Shown here: one piece after another, positions 8,698 to 17,861 of the stretch
Position numbering within the stretch: the first letter of the stretch is position 1
Layout of the letters: each line of letters opens with the position of its first letter
Assembly (NCBI RefSeq): GCF_000018305.1
Contig: NC_009954.1
Location: 780,001-812,000 of the forward strand
Direction: 5' to 3'
From: Caldivirga maquilingensis IC-167
Lineage (GTDB): Archaea > Thermoproteota > Thermoprotei > Thermoproteales > Thermocladiaceae
Length of the DNA: 32,000 nt
The notes under the pieces: model-generated
What the model was told of the DNA's origin: nothing
Database searches by the model: none
Seen by the model: only the letters and a program-made list of their open reading frames with translations
Position numbers and translations under genes: made by a program

Positions 8698-9330
8698 ATG
8701 GATGTTAGAATTCTTTACGTAGGAATAATACTGTTAGTGGCGGCTCTTGCGGTTACTAGCTTAGGGTACTATACCCTACTACAAAAGTATAATAACTTAC
8801 AACAACTGGTGAATGGTAAGAAGCCCGTAATACAGGATATTATAGATAACTATACAATCGCAGGAATTTTAAATGCCTCTGAAGTTAAAGTTTTTATCCA
8901 GATAAAAGCATCGAATAATTATTCTGCAATTAATGAATATTCCTTCATCACTGCACCCATAAGATTAGTTGGCAATATAGAGATCCTAAGTTTTAAGTCC
9001 CCATTATATGCTGAGAATCGTTATTATGAATTCCTCCTAGACTCCTCATACTTCAATTATGTTGTTTCAGGGTATTATAATGGATGGAATTACACACTTT
9101 TACTTAATGCCACGGAGCCAATCAATAATGTTTCAAGGTTATTTCGATACGGGGCACTGGTAGCATATGGAGGGAATGAGGTTTTCTATATCAGCATTAA
9201 TGCCTTATCACCCACTGGATTATATAATTTCAATGCCAGTATATTCCTACAGATTCTTGGCGCTGAATTAGCTTACCATCATATTTACCACCTGAAGACC
9301 ACAGGAGACCCAGCCCAGGTCCACCACTAG
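8698..9330 (+). CDS. Hypothetical N-terminally membrane-anchored protein (N/Y-rich)
   Basis: It has an N-terminal TM helix ILYVGIILLVAALAVTSLGYY and several N-x-S/T sequons. A TATA-like aatttaaaaata lies ~30 nt upstream. No family was recognised. Confidence 0.55.
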   Translation: MDVRILYVGIILLVAALAVTSLGYYTLLQKYNNLQQLVNGKKPVIQDIIDNYTIAGILNASEVKVFIQIKASNNYSAINEYSFITAPIRLVGNIEILSFKSPLYAENRYYEFLLDSSYFNYVVSGYYNGWNYTLLLNATEPINNVSRLFRYGALVAYGGNEVFYISINALSPTGLYNFNASIFLQILGAELAYHHIYHLKTTGDPAQVHH

Positions 9331-9602
9331 ACGAGCAGGGTGGGTAACACCCACTGGTAATAAGGTAATGATAGAAGACGGTAAACCAATAAATCAACCC
9401 CTAGGATGGGGAGGAAGCTATTTTCATGCCTCAGGGAATTTTAATGGCCATTAGAAGGAGGTGGTACCTTATGAATGCATTAGTGAGTTATGATAACCAT
9501 GGTTAATACTAACGGTGCAGTCACCATTATGGTAGAACATTAAGGAAGGCTAAGGCATTATTAAAATCCATGTTTAATAATCAGTGATAGTGTTGCTTCA
9601 AT

Positions 9603-10835
9603 TCACTGCGGATTAACCTCCTCCAGGGTCTTAAGCCTGGTTTCAACACCATGGGTAAACCAAATCAATGCACCTAATAGCCCAAGGCTCCATAGTGCGA
9701 CATTATACCATGCGTATTGCCATATTGTGAAACCAGCTGTTATGAAGATTGATGCTATGTAGGCGACGTAGGCTATTGCCCTAACCAAGGCAACACCCAT
9801 GGATCTACTGCCTGTTGGAAATAACTCAGGCTCCAGTACAACCCTAGCGGCCCACCCCAGTTCACCAAATACGCCGTTAACAGATAGTATTAGAAGGAAT
9901 AGTGGTAGGTTTTGCGGTGCAAAGGCTAATTGAGGTATAACCAGTAGCATTGTGATGAAACCACCTAGGTAGGCCATTAGGGTGAACTTCCTCATACCCA
10001 TTATATCAGCTAAGGCCATGCCTATTAAGCCACCCACTGATTCACCAACATTATACAGTAGCACGATCCATGAGGTTAATTTCGGAAAGAGGTAAGGACC
10101 CATTACGAGAGCCAGTAATGCATATGTTAACACTATTGTTAAGGCTATGAGTGTTAAGAATATTAACCTAATCCTAAATCCCTTCATCTCACTTAACCCA
10201 ATCACCCTACATGACGACTTCACGTTACTCCACCTATATGATTCAGGTATCAGCAGCCTAGTGGCTAATATTATAATTATGGTGACTAGTATTGTTACAC
10301 CAAAGAACAGCTTCTGAAGGTACATTGATGAAGCAACAAGGGACAATGCAGCCGCCACCGCGGCACCAATATTAGCCACATTAGTAACACCTATGATGAT
10401 CCTCTCCCTCAACCTAATGGGCATCATTTCAGCCATATAGGCTAACGTTGCAGGCTCCTCACCACCAAGACCAAATTCAGCTAGAGCTATGCCGGCTATT
10501 AATTCGTAAACGTTACTGGATAATATTATTAGTAATGCACCAACACCGTAAATAACCATGGTCATTATGAAACCCATCTTCCTACCCAAGGCGTCAGATA
10601 ATTTCCCGATGATTAAATTACCAACCATTAATGATACTGGCGCCGCTAAGAGTACGTACTCATCAAAACTACTTGGTACGAAGGGCCATTGCGTTGTTAA
10701 TGGGGCTAATGCCAGTATGAAACCCCATAGGAACATGCCCAGTGCCGTTGATGTTATGGCGAAGAACCTACTCCTCCCTAATGGCCCATAATCAATCTCC
10801 CTTAAATTACTCATGAATTGGTAACCAATAACCAA
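9603..10835 (-). CDS. Major facilitator superfamily transporter
   Basis: About 12 predicted TM segments and the MFS motif A GKLSDALGRKMGF between TM2 and TM3. Confidence 0.85.
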   Translation of the reverse strand: MVIGYQFMSNLREIDYGPLGRSRFFAITSTALGMFLWGFILALAPLTTQWPFVPSSFDEYVLLAAPVSLMVGNLIIGKLSDALGRKMGFIMTMVIYGVGALLIILSSNVYELIAGIALAEFGLGGEEPATLAYMAEMMPIRLRERIIIGVTNVANIGAAVAAALSLVASSMYLQKLFFGVTILVTIIIILATRLLIPESYRWSNVKSSCRVIGLSEMKGFRIRLIFLTLIALTIVLTYALLALVMGPYLFPKLTSWIVLLYNVGESVGGLIGMALADIMGMRKFTLMAYLGGFITMLLVIPQLAFAPQNLPLFLLILSVNGVFGELGWAARVVLEPELFPTGSRSMGVALVRAIAYVAYIASIFITAGFTIWQYAWYNVALWSLGLLGALIWFTHGVETRLKTLEEVNPQ

Positions 10836-10965
10836 TTTATAAATTTTATGCGCTTACTCAATCTATACATTGATTAGGAAAATGAGGTATACCGAGCATG
10901 AGTTAGGCATCACTTAGAAAATGCAGAAAGATAAAGCAGGAATAATCAAGGCGCAGTATTGTGAT

Positions 10966-11066
10966 TGGTGGGGCCGCCGGGATTTGAACCCGGGATCACA
11001 CGGGCCCGAGCCGTGCCTTAGGCGTGGTTAAACCCACGTGTCCTAACCAGGCTAGACTACGGCCCC
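10966..11066 (-). tRNA. tRNA-Pro (anticodon CGG) with a ~23-nt intron and encoded CCA
   Basis: The reverse complement folds by hand as follows. Acceptor GGGGCCG/CGGCCCC. D arm GTCT-AGCCTGGTTA-GGAC. Anticodon arm CACGG-CTCGGGC-CCGTG, with loop positions 34-36 = CGG and G37. T arm CCGGG-TTCAAAT-CCCGG. Discriminator A, then CCA. An extra 23 nt (CGTGGGTTTAACCACGCCTAAGG) lies between the D arm and the anticodon stem. Confidence 0.8.
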
Positions 11067-11181
11067 TGCATTCCGCAATTATTTAACCTCCTTTTTAAGA
11101 TTACTGCAGTTCCTTTATTTTTCAGTTTCCTCAAGGAGCTTTACACATTAAGAAGCAATAAGCTATATATTGGTATTCCCC

Positions 11182-11334
11182 TTACCGCTCATCTAAATCA
11201 TCTCCCAAGCGCTTCTTAAAGAAGTTAACCATCACCTTCCAAGCATCTTTGGCAGTAGTTTCACTATGAGATAGATCACCTTCAGTGGTGAATACATGGT
11301 AAGGCCTAGGTACAGCACCATTTAAGTCTAGGCT
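11182..11334 (-). pseudogene. Possible C-terminal remnant of a dienelactone-hydrolase-like alpha/beta hydrolase
   Basis: The minus-strand frame reads SLDLNGAVPRPYHVFTTEGDLSHSETTAKDAWKVMVNFFKKRLGDDLDER*. This resembles the ...H.F......A..AW.....FF...L C-terminal pattern of DLH-family proteins. Stops lie immediately upstream in all frames, so only ~50 codons survive. Confidence 0.3.
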
Positions 11335-11792
11335 TATACTTAATCATAGTTCCCATATTCATAATTACTTAACGTAATATTAATATGATGCATAGGAGAG
11401 GATCGACATAATTAAGACGAAGTTTCAGTAAGGCATGGATGATTCGGTGATTTCAGGAAAAACATATGTGGCCTTATTCTTATTATTATATAGCAACCAC
11501 TGTTAATTAAAGGTTGATTCAGTAAAACCATTGCATTGAAACTCATGTAGGTCTAATGCTAACCCTGTGAGCGGTATAATGCCACCTTAATAATGCGGTA
11601 ACCTTTCTGAGTCACTGCGTCTAGGAGGGGTTTAAGTAGTGTTAGTTTAAGGATGAGTACTCGGTGTACCAGTATGGGAAACTCCAAATATGAGGGATTT
11701 GCCTGGTGTTTTCCGGTAATGGTGAATATTACTCCGGTAGGATTAATGATTCTATTCCTTAAGTTTCCTAACGGTATCTGCCTGTGGGAAAC

Positions 11793-11800
11793 TTTAAATA
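11793..11800 (+). promoter_or_regulatory. TATA box of the aIF1/SUI1 gene
   Basis: tttaaata matches the archaeal TATA consensus and sits ~30 nt upstream of the ATG at 11829. Confidence 0.5.
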
Positions 11801-11828
11801 GGGGAAGCTGGTCTTATTAATGTAGGTC

Positions 11829-12203
11829 ATGGGAGAGGTGGATAATAAGCCCAACCAGGATAACGTGATTGATCAACTGCTCTCGTCAATAAGTGGGAGT
11901 GATAATGTTGTTAGTGAGTCAATAGCTAAGGAGCAGGCCCTAATTAGGATAAGGGTTGAAAAGAGGAGGGCGCATTACGTTACTATAATTGAGGTTGATA
12001 GTAATGATGCTAAGAGTATAAACCTAGAGGAAGTGGCTAAGCAACTTAAACGTAAGTTAGCCGCAGGAGGTACTGTTAAGGATAATAGGATTGAGATTCA
12101 AGGTGACCATAGGTATAAGATTAGGAAACTGCTTCTTGAGGAGGGATTTAATGAAGATAACATATTCATAGACGAGAACATAACGGTGGTTCAGAATAAA
12201 TGA
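11829..12203 (+). CDS. sui1: Translation initiation factor aIF1 (SUI1 family)
   Basis: IRIRVEKRRAHYVTIIEV and LKRKLAAGGTVKDNRIEIQGDHR match the SUI1 domain signature. Confidence 0.9.
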   Translation: MGEVDNKPNQDNVIDQLLSSISGSDNVVSESIAKEQALIRIRVEKRRAHYVTIIEVDSNDAKSINLEEVAKQLKRKLAAGGTVKDNRIEIQGDHRYKIRKLLLEEGFNEDNIFIDENITVVQNK

Positions 12204-12547
12204 GCATAGAATACATTAAGGACGGCTTCAGGACTGAATTAGCCAGCAATTTATCAAACCCTGTTAAGGTTCATGAAATCTGTCTAAAGTTACTCTCAGA
12301 GGTGGCTAAGGTACTGGGTATTAATCAAGTTATTGAATCCACGGAGGATGGCTGGATTATAATTAATAAATTAATAGAGATGAGTAATGAATACGTATTA
12401 GCTAGATTCTATGCTGAGAATTCCTCCCTAGCCACTAAATTGCAGGTTAATGAATTAGTGCTAGGTATGTTAATTAGGGATTCAATAACATGCATGGAGA
12501 AGATAAGAACCATAGCCCTTGGTTTAACACCCAGGGAGGCAGGTTAA
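12200..12547 (+). CDS. Hypothetical protein (115 aa), translationally coupled to aIF1
   Basis: Its ATG overlaps the aIF1 stop (ATGA at 12200-12203). The protein looks helical and no family was recognised. Confidence 0.55.
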   Translation: MSIEYIKDGFRTELASNLSNPVKVHEICLKLLSEVAKVLGINQVIESTEDGWIIINKLIEMSNEYVLARFYAENSSLATKLQVNELVLGMLIRDSITCMEKIRTIALGLTPREAG

Positions 12548-12626
12548 TTAATAGGAGTTAAGTAGGGGCATGTGTTATTAAATTAATGATTATTTTAATG
12601 AAACTGATGCAATTAAGTAAAGCTAC

Positions 12627-14695
12627 TTACTCATTAATATTTACCCCCATTTCCTTAAACACGGCAATTAAATCATCAGTTAGTAAACCACTACGGGTAC
12701 CATACATGTATAGTGCAAGTGCAACCACTGCAGCGGCCACAGTATCCCATGGGAATGGTATTATCGGGGTTTGGAATACGCTGAAGCTGCCTAAGAATGA
12801 TAATACTAATGCTGAGTACAGTACAGCTATTATCCACCAACCTGCATTAATGTGACTACGGAGGTCTTTACTCTTTGCCGTTGAGGCAACCCAGTAAATT
12901 AACGCCACTAAGGTTACTAACGTTACCGCGACGTAGCCTAAGAAGTCTACTATGTGTGTGAATTGAAGCTTAAGCATAGTGACGGGGCTTGATGATGGCC
13001 AGCCGGTGGGTTTAGCGAAGGGTAGGTAGATTAGGAAGTAGGTTGATGCTATTAATACTGCCCAGTATATAATACTGGCAATAATGCTGATCATCCTGCT
13101 TGCCCCATGCTTATTAACCATAGTGTACATGAAGAATAAGGGTAACCCAGCCATAATTAAGGCGAATGCGAACCAGAGGTAGTAGAAGCTTGACCAATAG
13201 ACTATTAGGAATGCCGCAATGGTTGCTACCGCCCCAATAACTGACGCTAGAGGAAGCTTAATGGGCCTGGGTGCATTAGGCGCCAGTCTCCTAAGTGTCA
13301 TTAATGCTGGTCCACCGATTATGTACGTGAACACTGTTGTGGTGGTTATGAAGGATGATATTGCGAACCATGTTGGGAATGGTAGTAGGAAGAGCATTCC
13401 AAGTATCCACGCGGTTAAAGTCGGCCATAAAGGCACCTTATACTTATTAAGCTTAAGGAACGTGTTAGGTAAGTGTCCATCCGCAGCCATGCCGTAAATC
13501 GTCCTAGCAGTGGTACCTATGTAAATCCAGCCTGTACCTGATGGTGAAATAACGGCATCAATAAGTAGTATTACCGCGAAGGCCGCTAGAATAGCAACAC
13601 CACTTGACACAAGTACACCGTAAAATGGCCCACTGGCCAACGGAACATAATTACTACCCGATTTATAAGCCGCGAACTCAGCGATATTACTGCTCACCGG
13701 TACGCCTGTACTGCTTATGTAACCCCAATTCCATGTTCCTGCTGTGGGGTGTCCAAGGACTTTAACCACTTGGCTAGTTTGAGTATTTATATCAACTAAG
13801 TATAAGTTGTTAAAGTTTAATCCACCTATGAATGATATTTGAAGTAGCACGTAAATGATCATTACCACTACGAAGCCTATTATAGTACCCATAACTACGT
13901 CAGTTGGTCTCCTCGCCTCACCACTATAATCAATCCCCTGCCTAAATCCTAAGTAGGCATATGCTATTCCCGTGGTTGGAATAGCCAGAAACATTGCGGC
14001 TGAGCCATAGGGCATGAAGCCTCCTGCTAATTTAGTGTAGTTAACTGAGTGCATTGCCAGTGCCATGAGTAGGATGAAGGTTAATGATGGGATGACCAGC
14101 TTCCACCAACCAACAGCGGTATTAGTCTTACCCATTACGTGGACACCAAACCAATTCAGTAGGAAGAAGAAGGTTGCCAATACCGCTGCAACCAATACAC
14201 CAAGTGGAGTCAACATGCCGCTGACGGTTAATTGAGGTAACCACGTAGACATGTACGTTACCGCCGCTATAGCCTCACTGGGGCTACTGTCACTGCGCTT
14301 AGGAAGTAGGCCCAGGCAAGCATGAATGATGCGAAGCCACCGTGAGTATACTGAGGATACCTCACGATACCACCTGATTTAGGAAGCATGCCGCTTATCT
14401 CCGTGTAGGTGAAGGCTATGAAGATCATTAGGAAACCCGCTATTAACCATGATAGTATTGCCGCAGGGCCGGTGTATGATGATGCCCCAGCGGATGCAAA
14501 TAACCAACCACTACCAATCATTGCGCCTATTACCAGGAACGCTATATCCCATTGATTTAAAGCACGTCTAAGCATTTTATCAGTTTGCTCAGCTTCATTG
14601 GGTACATTAAGTTTATTTTCCCCTGCCTTATCCACCCCTTCATCTTTACTCATGCCAGTATACTCTTGTTCTACATTTTTAAGTATTACGTACAT
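12627..14695 (-). pseudogene. APC-family amino acid permease interrupted by a 1-nt frameshift (pieces 14267-14695 and 12627-14252)
   Basis: The N-terminal piece has the APC signature WDIAFLVIGAMIGSGWLF...GPAAILSWLIAGF...FTYTEISGMLPKSGGIVRY. The downstream frame stays open upstream of its Met and reads ...SEAIAAVTYMSTWLP, so the two pieces form one protein once the frame is corrected near 14274-14284. Confidence 0.85.
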
Positions 14696-14789
14696 TGTCT
14701 ATATCAATATTGTCAAATATAGTATAATAAATATATATTGAATATACTTGCCACTATATGCCTTATTGTTATCTCATTATAATTGCTGA

Positions 14790-15719
14790 TTGGGGAAAGA
14801 TTTATACGCTCAGCCCGATATCGGGTTTATGCCCGCTGTAGAGTTCGCTAATGTTACTAAGCGTTTTAATAAGATAGTTGCTGTTGAAAATATTAATCTT
14901 GTCGTCAATGATGGTGAAGTAATAGCGCTAGTTGGTCCTAATGGTGCAGGTAAGACCACGTTACTTAGAATGGCCGCAGGTGTTCTACTGCCTGATTCAG
15001 GCAAGGTGCTTGTTTACGGTATTGAGGCTCATAGAGCTGAGGCTAAGCGCCACGTGGGCTTCATGACACCCATGGATAGGGGTGTTTACTGGAGGATTAG
15101 TGCATTAGATAATTTAGTGTTTTTTGGAACACTATATGGTTTATCCATTAAGGAGGCTAGGAGAAGGGGTCTTGAGTTACTTAGGGAATTCGGCTTGGCT
15201 GAGAGGGCTAATGATTGGGTTGCAACATATAGTACAGGCATGATGAGGAGGCTTGAGTTGGCTAGGGCAATGATGCATGACCCAGACATACTGCTTCTTG
15301 ATGAACCAACCAGCGGTATTGATGTTGATGGTAAAAGAATAATACTTGACCACATAAGGAGGCTTAAGGGTAGGAAGACGATAATAATGGCTAGTCATGA
15401 CCCGCAGGAAATTGAGCTTGCTGATAGGGTTGTTTACCTGAATAGAAACATAGTGAGTACTTTACCAACCCTTAAGATTGTTAAGGTGCTTGTTAAGGGT
15501 GCTTTACCATCATTAGACGGATTCAGGATTACTGATCTTGGTGATGGCAGTTACGTTATTTATGCCAGTATTGATAAGTTTAATGACTTAATTAAGAAAT
15601 TAGCCTCAATGGATGGTAACCTCAGGGTAATTGATCTCAACGTTGAAGTTGCCTTCGCAGAGAGGAATGCGAGGATTGAGGAAAGAATGAATAGGAGGGG
15701 TGGTGGACCATGGGTTTAG
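14790..15719 (+). CDS. ABC transporter ATP-binding protein (ABC-2/DrrA-type)
   Basis: Walker A GPNGAGKTT, signature variant YSTGMMRRLELA, Walker B ILLLDEPTSGID and H-loop ASHD. The likely true start is the ATG at 14829 (MPAVEFANVTKRF). A ~95-aa C-terminal extension is present. Confidence 0.9.
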   Translation: MGKDLYAQPDIGFMPAVEFANVTKRFNKIVAVENINLVVNDGEVIALVGPNGAGKTTLLRMAAGVLLPDSGKVLVYGIEAHRAEAKRHVGFMTPMDRGVYWRISALDNLVFFGTLYGLSIKEARRRGLELLREFGLAERANDWVATYSTGMMRRLELARAMMHDPDILLLDEPTSGIDVDGKRIILDHIRRLKGRKTIIMASHDPQEIELADRVVYLNRNIVSTLPTLKIVKVLVKGALPSLDGFRITDLGDGSYVIYASIDKFNDLIKKLASMDGNLRVIDLNVEVAFAERNARIEERMNRRGGGPWV

Positions 15720-16519
15720 CAGCTAAACTATACTCCTTCGTAGTAATAAGGGGGTTTAAGGTTTGGGTAAGCTATAAGACTCAAGTAGCCTTAAACTTCA
15801 TAAGCTGGACAATACCGGTTTTCCTCTACTACTTCATAGGCTTAACCTTCGGGGCAAGTAAAATGTCAGCGGCAATAGCATCAAACTACAGTTATACAGC
15901 GTTTGCAACCGTTGGCATTGCCTTCCAAGGCTACTTCTCATCAGCCGTAGCCACATTAGCTGGTAGGATTAGGAATGAGGAATTAATAGGCACCCTAGAG
16001 TACCAGATGGCCGCACCCCTTAGGCCTATGTCACTCATGTTCTACTCCACGGTATGGGGATTCGTAATAAACTCAATAAGCACAGTCACAGTATTGGCAA
16101 TAGGCTATGGCTTAGGAATAAAGTACATTATTAATCCCCTCTCAACATTCGTGGTTCTACTACTATACATGGTGTCGATAATAGGCTTAAACCTAATATC
16201 AGGTGCAGTGGTCCTTATAGTTAAGCAGGGTAATCCAGTGGCATTATTCACCTCAGTGGCCACTAATATTCTTGGTAACGTGGTCTTCCCAGTATCAATA
16301 CTACCCACCTGGCTTAAGGACATGAGCTACGCCTTATCCTTAACATGGGCCCTTGATGGTTTAAGGAAGGCAATGTTATCTGGGGAGGGGTTAGGCAGTA
16401 TGATTAATGACTTAGTGATACTATCCATACTGTCAGTAATATACATAATAATAGGTATATGGTTAACCAACTACGCCTTCAAGAGAATACTGGAGCAGGG
16501 TACTGTGCACATGTACTAA
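15710..16519 (+). CDS. ABC-2 type transporter permease
   Basis: The start overlaps the ATPase stop. It is a six-TM-like hydrophobic protein of 269 aa, typical of an ABC-2 membrane partner. Confidence 0.8.
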   Translation: MGLAAKLYSFVVIRGFKVWVSYKTQVALNFISWTIPVFLYYFIGLTFGASKMSAAIASNYSYTAFATVGIAFQGYFSSAVATLAGRIRNEELIGTLEYQMAAPLRPMSLMFYSTVWGFVINSISTVTVLAIGYGLGIKYIINPLSTFVVLLLYMVSIIGLNLISGAVVLIVKQGNPVALFTSVATNILGNVVFPVSILPTWLKDMSYALSLTWALDGLRKAMLSGEGLGSMINDLVILSILSVIYIIIGIWLTNYAFKRILEQGTVHMY

Positions 16520-16616
16520 CGGTGCGTGAATTAAATACCCTTAATTTTAAGGTTTAAAATCATTCTTGATGCAATGCGTGGAATAAACCTTAATCCTACA
16601 CTAATCATGCGTAACG

Positions 16617-16627
16617 CTTATTAATAA
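16617..16627 (+). promoter_or_regulatory. Candidate TATA box upstream of argG
   Basis: cttattaataa is centred ~24 nt upstream of the ATG at 16645. Confidence 0.4.
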
Positions 16628-16644
16628 CCCCTTTACGTAGGCTT

Positions 16645-17861
16645 ATGGATAACCTGGGACGAGGAAACCAAGTAGGATAGCCCTAGCCTACTCAGGTGGT
16701 TTAGACACCACCGTGGCTATCCACTGGTTGAAGAGTAGGTTTAATGCAGAGGTCGTGACGGTGACGGTTAATGTGGGTCAGGAAGATGACTTCAGTGAAA
16801 TAGAAAATAGGGCCTATAAACTCGGCGTACTTAAGCACTACACCATTGATGCTAGGGATGACTTCGCCAATGGTCCCATAGCCTCGGCAATAATGTTGAA
16901 TGCCCTATATGAGGACAAGTACCCTCTTGGAACAGCATTAGCTAGGCCATTAATAGCTGAGAAGGTTATTGAGGTTGCCAGAAGGGAAGGCTGCGATGCC
17001 ATTGCCCATGGCTCAACCTCTAAGGGTAATGACCAGGTTAGGTTTGAGGAGGCTATAAAGGCCATGGCCCCTGACTTAACCGTAATTGCGCCGGCTAGGA
17101 TATGGGGAATGGATAGGAAAACCGAGGTTGAGTACGCTAGGAGGAATAATATACCTATCCCTGAGGTTCACAGTAGGTTTAGTATTGATGATAATTTATG
17201 GACTAGGAGTATTGAGGGTCCTGAATTAGATGATTCAATGGTTGAGCCACCTGAGGATGCCTTTAAGTGGACTATTAATCCAAGTAAGGTTAATGAGTCT
17301 CTTAAACTGGAGATTGAGTTCAAGAATGGTGTACCAGTTGCTGTAAATGGTGAGAAGATGAAGCTTTCCGAGCTTATACTAGCCTTAAATAGGCTTGTGG
17401 GTAGTCATGGATACGGTAGGGTTGATCATGTTGAGAATAGGGTTGTCGGTTTTAAGTCAAGGGAGGTTTATGAGGCTCCAGCCGCGTTAACCCTAATAGA
17501 GGCTCATAGGGATCTTGAGAAGTTAATATACACTCCAATTGAGTATAGGTTTAAGAGGCTCATGGACCAGACTTGGACCGACCTAATATACCAGGGGCTT
17601 TGGCATGAACCACTGCGTATTGAACTTGAGGAGGCTGCTAAAGCCATGAATAAGTGGGTGACTGGTGTTGTTAAGGTCACTGTACGCGGTGGCTTAATGA
17701 TAACAGGTAGGTCAAGCCCATACGCCAGTTACAGTAAGGAGATTGCGGATTACGTGAAGGGCTGGTACCCAAGTGACGAGGAGGCGAGGGGCTTCATAAG
17801 CATGTGGACGTTGCACTCATTAACCGCATATAGGGTAAGGTGGGGTAGTGGTGTATCGTGA
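16645..17861 (+). CDS. argG: Argininosuccinate synthase, with a frame discontinuity near the 5' end
   Basis: AHGSTSKGNDQVRFE and the rest of ArgG are clear. The essential PP-loop ALAYSGGLDTT is encoded at 16680-16712, in frame with and upstream of the track start (GTG 16713). No ATG, GTG or TTG lies between it and the in-frame stop at 16650. The only nearby start, ATG 16645, is offset by one nucleotide. Confidence 0.85.

Noticed and set aside
9331-9450. An open frame after the stop of the 8698-9330 gene (GWVTPTGNKVMIEDGKPINQPLGWGGSYFHASGNFNGH), considered as a possible frameshifted extension
   Set aside because: It is only ~40 codons, has no start codon and no recognisable similarity. It overlaps a hairpin that looks like a 3' structure of the upstream gene, so the evidence is insufficient.
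10977-10995. Shared sequence gggatttgaacccgg in both tRNA genes (also 22324-22338), considered as a repeat or att site
   Set aside because: This is simply the conserved T-arm of archaeal tRNAs on the minus strand, not evidence of duplication or integration.
11653-11820. A 55-aa ORF (MSTRCTSMGNSKYEGFAWCF...) in the gap upstream of aIF1
   Set aside because: It is short and Cys/Trp-rich with no motif, and it runs through the aIF1 promoter and TATA box. It most likely arises by chance in non-coding DNA.
14258-14269. Amber (TAG) read-through or pyrrolysine as the explanation for the split permease
   Set aside because: In the upstream frame, the TAG at 14267-14269 is followed two codons later by TAA (14258-14260). 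The downstream half is also in a different frame. Read-through therefore cannot join the halves, and a frameshift is required.
14267-14290. Programmed -1 ribosomal frameshifting at the permease, argG and sfsA sites
   Set aside because: No X-XXY-YYZ slippery heptamer or obvious downstream stimulatory structure is visible at any site, and sfsA needs the opposite shift direction. Homopolymer indel, whether real or an artefact, is the simpler explanation. The idea is kept only as a remote alternative in the findings.
16645-16680. The short peptide MDNLGRGNQVG as an arginine-responsive leader peptide or attenuator for the arg operon
   Set aside because: It contains only one Arg codon, and no alternative terminator/antiterminator structures are visible. 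It would also leave ArgG without any start codon for its essential PP-loop.
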